Shown: positions 8,144 through 14,829 of the stretch, one piece after another
Position numbering within the stretch: the stretch's first letter is position 1
Layout: each line of letters opens with the position of its first letter
NCBI GenBank assembly: GCA_032128375.1
Contig: JAQBGU010000109.1
Location: 1-14,829 of the forward strand
Direction of reading: 5' to 3'
From: Deltaproteobacteria bacterium
Lineage (GTDB): Bacteria; Myxococcota_A; UBA9160; SMWR01
DNA: 14,829 nt
Program-made: the position numbers and the translations under genes
Notes under the pieces: generated by a model
Seen by the model: only the letters and a program-made list of their open reading frames with translations
What the model was told of the DNA's origin: nothing
Databases searched by the model: none

Positions 8144-8944
8144 ATGCTCGCATTCACTGGTCGAACATTTCCTCGCGAACTCGCTACAACATTGGTTCTG
8201 ATATCGCTGACTGCGGCGTGCAATGAAGTCAGTATCGAGCCAGAATTGGCGGTTCCAGATCCATCGCCTCGCAGCGTGTCGATGCCCGAGCCTGAGGGTG
8301 TGCTGTCAGGATCGAGTCCCTCACGGTCGCGAGATCAAGGGCAATACCCGTACGGGGGGATGGTGCCGGGGCAAAGCAAATTCGCAGAGCTGCGAGAGTT
8401 CATCGGAGACAGTGCATTCGACTGGTTTCTCAGCGCATCCCCTGGTGATGAGACAAGCGAATCTGGCCCCAGTTCGGCGTCCGTCCGGCTCGCGATCGGC
8501 AACGAGTTCCTTGAGGACGGGCCGAATATCGACGTGGTTCTACTTGAATATGCCAAGGACTACTCTTTCATGAACGCGAACTCACAGAAGTTGTCCTTCA
8601 TCGTATCCGTACCCTTGACGGAATCGAGCATTATCATGAGGGTCAGATCACAGAAAGTGATGAAGCGAGATCTGTCCTCGGGAATTCGCATGAGCGACGT
8701 ATTTTCTGATGCCGGTCGTCCCGATCACTATTCACGTGCGGAACAGGATAACGGGACGACGAGTGTGGAGATGTCTTGGGACGGCGGGCTGTACGCAATA
8801 GGACTCGCCCACAATGAGCGCCAATCAATCGACACCTCGCGTCTCTTTAAGATCTCCTATATGACTCCATCAGCGGTGGCGTTGCGCACCGCCCATATTG
8901 AAAAACTCAACAGTGAGTCCAATCGCATTCTTCCGACGTACTAA
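8144..8944 (+). CDS. Hypothetical protein, putative lipoprotein (266 aa)
   Basis: AGGAGG at 8132-8137 before ATG 8144; hydrophobic stretch and lipobox-like LTAAC followed by a Pro/Ser-rich linker; no recognisable family. Confidence 0.65.
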   Translation: MLAFTGRTFPRELATTLVLISLTAACNEVSIEPELAVPDPSPRSVSMPEPEGVLSGSSPSRSRDQGQYPYGGMVPGQSKFAELREFIGDSAFDWFLSASPGDETSESGPSSASVRLAIGNEFLEDGPNIDVVLLEYAKDYSFMNANSQKLSFIVSVPLTESSIIMRVRSQKVMKRDLSSGIRMSDVFSDAGRPDHYSRAEQDNGTTSVEMSWDGGLYAIGLAHNERQSIDTSRLFKISYMTPSAVALRTAHIEKLNSESNRILPTY

Positions 8945-9171
8945 ATTCACATTTCGGATCGAGAAGCGATACAAGTTGTGCCCCTCGATGGCTCGGCCGC
9001 GAAATAGCTCTCTGGAATCAGGTTATCCCGTGCCGGGGCGTGATATTCCAAGCGATCCCCGGTTTTCTTGACGACGCGACCGTACTCAGACAATCACGCG
9101 GTTCGCGCTTTGAATTTCCTCTCTGCGAGTTTCAAGAGATCGTCGGAATAGAACTCGCATCCTGAACCCAA

Positions 9172-9289
9172 CCGCGCGTTAGTCAAACTGCTCCTGGCCG
9201 TCCGATAAGTTGCCGAAGTCATCACCCTAACGTGTTGGTTCCGCAGTAAATTCGCTGGCGCCCCGGAAGGGAATCGAAACCCCGACCCG
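9172..9289 (-). repeat. att-like unit 2, including a degenerate duplicate of the tRNA-Arg(TCT) 3' end
   Basis: 9256-9289 matches 11280-11313 at 31/34; TAGTCAAAC at 9180-9188 lies 67 nt away, the same spacing as at the intact tRNA. Confidence 0.88.
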
Positions 9290-9471
9290 ATATATAAAAG
9301 GCGAGGCGGCAGGCTATTAACAATGTTCGTCAACGTCCAGTAGTGTATCCGCGGTCAGTAGCCGTTGAACTCGTCGCTTGAATCAGGTCTACAGGATGAG
9401 AAGGTGATCGTCGTAACAGATGTGGCCCTCTTGTGGGCCAGTGACCGTTACTCTCAAGCCGGGAGGCCGAA

Positions 9472-11157
9472 GTGTCGGTAGTTCAGTCTCTAACCCTGTA
9501 CGCGGTACGCAGCTCCCACGACGGCTCCGTCGAAACATTCGACGACCTAATCGATCCCGACCGGCTTGAGGACGCCGAGACGCGCGATTTTGACGGTATC
9601 GACGAGGATGGCCGGGATTGGTCTGCCCGGCTCTACCTCTGGCCTGGCGAGGAGCGTCCGCCTACCTGGCTTGCCTTCCTCCAAGAGGGCTTCGGTGCGG
9701 ATCTGACCGTTCCAGACACCTCTCAGACTCGCGTCGTCGTGGCGATCAACGTGTTCTTCCGACGGGAGCGATTCTTCGTGCTCACTTTCGGCGCCGGCCG
9801 GTACCAGCTCCGGAGTGGTGTTACAGAGTCGCGTTGGGGACTGCGTGCCGCGTTGAACGCGATCTACGGAGCTGGCTCGGATGCGGCCGCCGAGACCCTC
9901 GATCGGATTCAGCAGGTCCAGACGCGAACTGTGGCAGCCAATACATTCCGCACCCTGCGACAGGCGAACCGGGGCGCAGACTTCGACAGCTTCGGCTATG
10001 ACGCTTATGCCGACCAACTCAATGCCATCGTCGGGCGAGTCCACGATCGGCACGCATTGGGTACCCGGGTGAAGGGCGCAGATAGCCTGCGTCTCGCTCG
10101 CCGATCCTCTTTTGCAGAGTTGGGAAGTCTCTGCCGCGGTCTCGCGAGCCTGCATGAGCGAAAGAACTACCTGCACCGATTCCAGTTCATCGACAACTAC
10201 CGACGCATCGTGGACCCTGAACTCATCGCGACTCTCGAAGACCTAACCGTGGAGAGTCTTTCAGAGCGTCCAGATGTGTGGACTCTCGCGCCTCCCGACC
10301 TGATCGACTTCGACCGCGTGGATCGGTACCGGATACAACTTCCGGGCGTGGACGCCTTCGAAGGCGCGGACCCAACCCTTGAGGAGATAGTGCAGACGCT
10401 CGCCGCAACGCAGGTCGAAGTCTCACCGGCGTTACTGCGCGACGGGAGAATCACGGCGCTCGATGCAGAGGGGAACGCCAGTTCGGCCTGGTCCCTATCG
10501 CAAGTTCTCGACGGGCAGATCGCGCATAGCGGCCGCACAATCGTGATGGAGGCGGGCGAGTACTTCGAAATCGCGCCTGACTACTTGGCCCAGTTGGACA
10601 GCGACATTGACGGTATCGATGAGTCAGCAGTCGAGCTACCGGACTCCGTGCGCGAACCGGAAGACGGAGAACTCAAGGAGATCGTGGAGGGACGCTACAA
10701 CGAGTTGGCCGCGGGCCATCGCGCCAGCCATCTCCTCCTCGATAAGAAGACGATCACCATCCCCGGGAAGACCAGTCCCATCGAGATCTGCGATGTGCTG
10801 ACACTCTCACCCGCACTCGTCCACGTGAAGAGAAAATTCGCCTCGTCCTCGCTCAGTCACCTGTTCGCCCAGGGCTACGTATCTTCAGAGCTGCTCGTGG
10901 GATCCCGCGACTTCCGGATTGCTGTGCTGGACAAGATCGGCCCGAACGAGCCTGCCTTCCGCGATCTGTTCGATCGAGAGCACTTCCTGGCCAGCGAGTT
11001 CGAGGTCGTCTACGCGATCGTCGGAGACTGGCAAGGCAAACAGCTGCGCAATCTTCCCTTCTTCAGCAAAGTCAACTTGCGAAAACATGCAAGCGGTCTC
11101 CGTCGAATGGGGTTTAGAGTCACGCACGCCAAGGTCCGCGTGGTGGATCCGGAGTAG
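9472..11157 (+). CDS. TIGR04141/DUF6119-like sporadically distributed protein with putative C-terminal PD-(D/E)xK-like nuclease domain
   Basis: RBS GGGAGG at 9461-9466, GTG start; TFGAGR, WGLRAALN, EGRYN, IEICD...LVHVKR...SSSLSHLFAQGYVS, LPFFSKVNL motifs recalled for this family. Confidence 0.8.
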   Translation: MSVVQSLTLYAVRSSHDGSVETFDDLIDPDRLEDAETRDFDGIDEDGRDWSARLYLWPGEERPPTWLAFLQEGFGADLTVPDTSQTRVVVAINVFFRRERFFVLTFGAGRYQLRSGVTESRWGLRAALNAIYGAGSDAAAETLDRIQQVQTRTVAANTFRTLRQANRGADFDSFGYDAYADQLNAIVGRVHDRHALGTRVKGADSLRLARRSSFAELGSLCRGLASLHERKNYLHRFQFIDNYRRIVDPELIATLEDLTVESLSERPDVWTLAPPDLIDFDRVDRYRIQLPGVDAFEGADPTLEEIVQTLAATQVEVSPALLRDGRITALDAEGNASSAWSLSQVLDGQIAHSGRTIVMEAGEYFEIAPDYLAQLDSDIDGIDESAVELPDSVREPEDGELKEIVEGRYNELAAGHRASHLLLDKKTITIPGKTSPIEICDVLTLSPALVHVKRKFASSSLSHLFAQGYVSSELLVGSRDFRIAVLDKIGPNEPAFRDLFDREHFLASEFEVVYAIVGDWQGKQLRNLPFFSKVNLRKHASGLRRMGFRVTHAKVRVVDPE

Positions 11158-11184
11158 CGCTCCCGTTCCCGTACCCGCAATCCC

Positions 11185-11279
11185 CCGCGCAGTAGTCAAT
11201 TGGTAGTCAAACTGGGGCGACGGGCGTGGCTGGTCGCCGGCGTTGCCGCCCCAACTACTTAATCCGATTGATCATCCAA
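11185..11279 (-). repeat. att-like unit 3, arm adjacent to the intact tRNA-Arg(TCT)
   Basis: Tandem GTAGTCAA repeats with 11-bp period (11192-11199, 11203-11210); IHF-like CAACTACTTAATC at 11252-11264. Confidence 0.75.
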
Positions 11280-11356
11280 TGGCGCCCCGGGAGGGGATCG
11301 AACCCCCGACCCGCTGCTTAGAAGGCAGCTGCTCTATCCGACTGAGCTACCGGGGC
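11280..11356 (-). tRNA. tRNA-Arg (anticodon TCT)
   Basis: GCCCCGG acceptor stem, D arm TAGCTCAGTCGGATAGAGC, anticodon arm GCTGC-CTTCTAA-GCAGC, GGTTCGATCC, encoded CCA. Confidence 0.97.
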
Positions 11357-11397
11357 GTGGCAGTGAAATTAGCCGCCCGTAGCGGCTTTGGGTGTCG

Positions 11398-11425
11398 TTG
11401 ACAGGGAGTATCCCGGCGATACGTT
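11398..11425 (+). promoter_or_regulatory. Putative sigma70 promoter for tRNA-His
   Basis: TTGACA (11398-11403), 16-nt spacer, TACGTT (11420-11425), shortly upstream of the tRNA. Confidence 0.5.
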
Positions 11426-11438
11426 TCGGACCGCTTGT

Positions 11439-11516
11439 GGTGGGCGTAGCTCAGTCGGTTAGAGCGCCAGGTTGTGGTCCTGGAGGTCGGGGGTTCGATC
11501 CCCCTCGCCCACCCCA
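11439..11516 (+). tRNA. tRNA-His (anticodon GTG)
   Basis: G-1 plus GTGGGCG acceptor stem, anticodon arm CCAGG-TTGTGGT-CCTGG, GGTTCGATCC, C discriminator and CCA. Confidence 0.97.
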
Positions 11517-11827
11517 TGGTTTGCTTCTGGACCGTTTGGGCGCGGTTCAACGGATTTGCGAGCCGCGCTGGACGCAGGTTTCGAGTCGGATCTCGGCGAC
11601 CGGGCGCAATCGGCTCGACAAGAAGAACGCTGTTTTTCTCGAACCGATTCGAAGGCGAGAGCGATCTTCGCCCATATGCGCCCATCTGCCCGAAAGCACG
11701 GTAACTGAAGCACTTTTCGTTTCACCAGCATAAAAATGAACGTAAGTCGGGGCTTAAAAACATCGCTGTTTTGGCTGAATCAGGGCGCTATGATCGGGCC
11801 TCACCGCGCGTGTGGAGCCCCCAATCC

Positions 11828-12067
11828 ATGAACCGCATCAGAGCTGCTCGGCAATCACTCGGCTGGACTCAGAACGAGCTTGCGCGCAAGGCGGGAATTT
11901 CCGCCCGTACGATTCACGCGATCGAAAAAGGTCGCCCGTGTCGGCAAGCGACGAAGCGTCGCATCCTGAACGCACTTGGCGTGCCTTGGGACCTACGCGA
12001 TGAGTACTTCCAGGGCGTGCGAAGCGTACGTCGTGCGGCTGCAGCGGACCAGGCGCGTTCGGCTTAG
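11828..12067 (+). CDS. XRE-family helix-turn-helix transcriptional regulator
   Basis: MNRIRAARQSLGWTQNELARKAGISARTIHAIEKG is a cro/C1-type HTH; GGAG upstream of ATG 11828. Confidence 0.85.
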   Translation: MNRIRAARQSLGWTQNELARKAGISARTIHAIEKGRPCRQATKRRILNALGVPWDLRDEYFQGVRSVRRAAAADQARSA

Positions 12068-12077
12068 TGGCCTTCTG

Positions 12078-13358
12078 TTAGGCGATTCGATTACTCAACT
12101 CATTCGCGCGTTCGATGGCTTGCGCACATGTGCGATCCATGAAGTGCGTCACCAGCTGGGCTGACCCATCACGATCTCCTCGTCGAGATCGCGCGCGCGC
12201 AGCCCCTTCCACATCGATCCGCTCCAACTCCACGCGTTTTTCGAATTCCGACCACGCTTCGCGTAACTGAAGTGTGTGACGCGCTGGATCTGCGCTGGCC
12301 TTGTCCTGCAAGCGCTTGAAGGCCCACCAAGCGGAATCGGGGTTGTCGCTCTTCCCGCCCTGCGCGAGCGATGCGGGAATTACGCCATTGATATAGATGG
12401 GCAAGAAAACGCCACTGCACGGTGTTGCAAAGGAAATCCAAATCGGCCACGGATCGCTGCGTTCGCTAGGTAGCTCGGCGACTACGCTGGCCGTCGTCCA
12501 GTGAATCGGCTCGCTGTGGGCGCACAGCGTGAAATGTCGCTCGTCGTCTGGCGTAGAGCCGGGTTGCCAGGCCAGCCCGCCTTCGAGGTGGTCGCGCAGC
12601 ATGCGCTTCAGCGTTTCGACGTCGTGGTGGCCGCGATCGGTTTCGAGCAGTTCGCGCGACCGGCGCCGGCGACCTTCGGAAATACGTGCCGGAACATTGG
12701 GGTTGCGGTACGCGGCCGCCACATCGATTCTCCCGGCTCCCGTCCACCAGCCTTCCCGACTCGCAAACGTAGCCAGATCGAGAGATCCGATTTCCCAATC
12801 GGACCCGATCGAATGATGGTTCGACAGGCTTTCGAGCCCGCTGCGCCGGGCCGCCCAGTGCCGGTTCGAGGTCTCGAGCACCCACGCTTCATCCGGGTCT
12901 GCCAGCATGAAGCTGTTGTGATAGCCACCGGCTCCCAGGCCGAAAGCAGCACCTCCCTGGCCGTGCGTCTCGAGTAAGCCGGCAATCACCTCCAGCGATT
13001 CACGCGCTGTGCGACCCCGCTCGAGGCCGAGCCGCACGAGGTCCATCCCAATCAACCCCGGCTGTTCCTCGATCGGTTCCTTGGAAAAAACCGTCTGGTT
13101 GCCAATCGCGACCGCATACTCATTGACCCCGTGCTCGAATCCCCAGACCCACCAAGGGGAATGCCCCAGCACCCGATAAGTCTCGGCGACCTGGGAGATA
13201 TGAATGTGGGTACAGCGGACGCGCGCATCGGGCGGGTAACTCGACTCCGGAAACTGCAACAGCGGCTGGCACTCGTCCGCCTTGCGGTCGCTGTTCTTGG
13301 CAAACAACGTGGCCCGAGAAGCGGTCTCGGAGCCCACAGCGACGACGGAATCGCACAT
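12078..13358 (-). CDS. Peptidase family C69 / secernin-like Ntn hydrolase
   Basis: N-terminal MCD nucleophile, LFAKNSDR, W.WGFEHGVNEYAVAIGN, LIGMDLVRLGLERG, YHNSFMLADPDEAWVLET. Confidence 0.92.
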   Translation of the reverse strand: MCDSVVAVGSETASRATLFAKNSDRKADECQPLLQFPESSYPPDARVRCTHIHISQVAETYRVLGHSPWWVWGFEHGVNEYAVAIGNQTVFSKEPIEEQPGLIGMDLVRLGLERGRTARESLEVIAGLLETHGQGGAAFGLGAGGYHNSFMLADPDEAWVLETSNRHWAARRSGLESLSNHHSIGSDWEIGSLDLATFASREGWWTGAGRIDVAAAYRNPNVPARISEGRRRRSRELLETDRGHHDVETLKRMLRDHLEGGLAWQPGSTPDDERHFTLCAHSEPIHWTTASVVAELPSERSDPWPIWISFATPCSGVFLPIYINGVIPASLAQGGKSDNPDSAWWAFKRLQDKASADPARHTLQLREAWSEFEKRVELERIDVEGAARARSRRGDRDGSAQLVTHFMDRTCAQAIERANELSNRIA

Positions 13359-13593
13359 GGGTAGACCCTACCCCAGCCGCGGGTAGGACCCGTAGCTGGG
13401 TCCGAATCGGGTCGCTGCTGGCGGTATCAGGCCGCATCGAGCCGGAACGCGCGGGCCGTAGCGAGCCGACGGGCAGCGAGAGTGGCGTCGGCTGGGAGCG
13501 TCAGGTATCCACCCGTTGCCCCATGGTTTGCCGCGGCCCGTTCCGCGGTGGAGGTCGTCGGCCCGGAGATTTTCGAGCCCCGGCCCCGAATGC

Positions 13594-13670
13594 GCGCCGG
13601 TAGCTCAGTTGGATAGAGCATCAGGCTTCGAACCTGAGGGTCGGGGGTTCGAGTCCCTCCCGGCGCGCCA
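13594..13670 (+). tRNA. tRNA-Arg (anticodon TCG)
   Basis: GCGCCGG acceptor stem, anticodon arm TCAGG-CTTCGAA-CCTGA, GGTTCGAGTCC, CCA. Confidence 0.96.
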
Positions 13671-13737
13671 CTGAATTCTTTGTTTGCGAGCACTTGGCAT
13701 CGCCGTCGAGATCGGTTGAGTCACGGCAGTCGACGCT

Positions 13738-13765
13738 TGTGACCAAATTGTGCCCGACTGTGACC
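13738..13765 (+). repeat. Three short direct repeats, putative integrase arm-type sites
   Basis: TGTGACC (13738), TGTGCCC (13749), TGTGACC (13759); 10-11 bp period, 67 nt after the tRNA CCA. Confidence 0.55.
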
Positions 13766-13961
13766 GTGGACTGCTGGCTGAGTACCGCCGTTCACGTTCC
13801 TGACACCACTCGTTGACTGTGCCGGGTGCATCTCGGCCATCGATCGCTGCGCCGCATCGAACGACACGCGCTCGTCCGGCATCGCTCCAGTGCCATCTCG
13901 ACCGATCGGCTCTAACTTCTTCGTCCGCGCTCCACCCACGCCGGTCCCGGTCTGGGACCTC

Positions 13962-14773
13962 GTGGCCGAGTACGAACGCCATGAGCCGGAGAAGGCTCTC
14001 CTTCATCAGGTCGTTCGCGAGCAGCTCGAAGGCTTCCTGGCGAGCGGCGCGCACCGAGAGCAACCCACTCCGCGCTTCGTCGAGCAGGAGCTTCGCGCGT
14101 TCCTCCGTTGTGGCGTGCTCGCGCACGGGTTCCTCCGTGTGCACTGCGACGCCTGTGGTCACGACCGCTTGGTCGCCTTCTCGTGTAAGGGCCGCGGTTT
14201 CTGCCCCTCCTGTGGGGGCCGACGCACGGCAGACACCGCGGCCCATCTCGTCGACCGAGTGCTCCCGCATGTGCCCGTCCGGCAGTGGGTCCTCACCTTG
14301 CCGTACCCCCTGCGCTACCGCTGTGCCTGGGATGCCCGGTTCACCACCGCTGTGCTGCGCGTCTTTCTTGCGTGCCGTGTTCGCCGAGCAACGCCGCCGC
14401 GCCCGGCAGCTGCACGGTGTGCGCAGCGGGCACTGCGGCGCCGTCACCGGCATTCAGCGTTTCGGCTCGGCGCTGAATCTCACCCCGCATTTCCACAGCC
14501 TTGTCCTCGACGGTGTCTACGCCGGACCCTCCCACAGCCCGGGCCCGTTCCTGCCGCTTCCCCCACCCGAAACCGACGACGTCGCCCGCGTTCTCGCCGG
14601 CACGGCCCGCCGCCTCCTACGACTCCTCGACGCGCGGAGACTCGCGGAGGACGACGACCCCCTGGCGACCGACGATCCTCTGCGCGCCCATCTCCTGGCC
14701 GCGCCTGTCCGCTCCCGGATCGCCAACGTCCCCGAGGCGGGCCAGCCCCTGGCGCCGCCTCGGCGATCGCGTC
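13962..14773 (+). pseudogene. IS91-like (HUH/Y2 rolling-circle) transposase, frameshifted and truncated
   Basis: Zinc-binding domain LRCG.LAHGF.RVHC..CGHDRLVAFSCKGRGFCPSCGGRR and LPHVPVRQWVLTLP. After a +1 shift near 14365 the frame reads GAVTGIQRFGSALNLTPHFHSLVLDGVY (HUH). A second shift is likely near 14748. Start uncertain (ORF open from 13890). Confidence 0.85.
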
Positions 14774-14829
14774 TCACTGGCGCATCTGATGGATGTGTCG
14801 GCCTTGGAGCGGGCCTATCACCGCATGCG

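Noticed and set aside
9256..9332. A complete extra tRNA gene
   Set aside because: Only the 3' part matches; the D arm and 5' acceptor strand are absent.
9094..9333. 79-aa minus-strand ORF
   Set aside because: Runs across the att-like unit and tRNA fragment; no RBS or motif support.
7781..11212. GTAGTCAA repeats as a CRISPR array or integron attC sites
   Set aside because: Spacing is in kilobases, there are no cas genes or integron integrase, and no attC-type inverted structure; they fit integrase arm sites better.
11347..11733. ORFs overlapping tRNA-His (and 13427-13693 overlapping tRNA-Arg)
   Set aside because: Spurious translations of tRNA genes.

Overview
GC-rich bacterial DNA consisting mostly of mobile elements around a core of about 2.4 kb. 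Positions 1-7500 are a three-level nest: a RIT element (three tandem tyrosine recombinases, ~2087-5514) sits in tnpB of an IS66 element (124-6003, 8-bp target duplication GATTTTCA), which in turn interrupts an ISNCY/IS5-like DDE transposase gene (50-123 joined to 6012-7305). Positions ~7770-11313 are an integrase-less tandem array at the 3' end of tRNA-Arg(TCT). It has three related att-like units (TAGTCAAAC arm-type motif, IHF-like site, 67-68 nt spacing, tRNA 3' end or a decayed copy). These units separate single-gene cargo segments: a putative lipoprotein and a TIGR04141/DUF6119-like putative nuclease. The core holds tRNA-Arg(TCT), tRNA-His(GTG), a small XRE HTH regulator, a C69/secernin-like peptidase and tRNA-Arg(TCG). 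After the last tRNA come a second att-like arm, a frameshifted IS91-like HUH transposase and possibly the start of a group II intron RT fragment. All family calls are from motif recognition by eye; no database searches were run.
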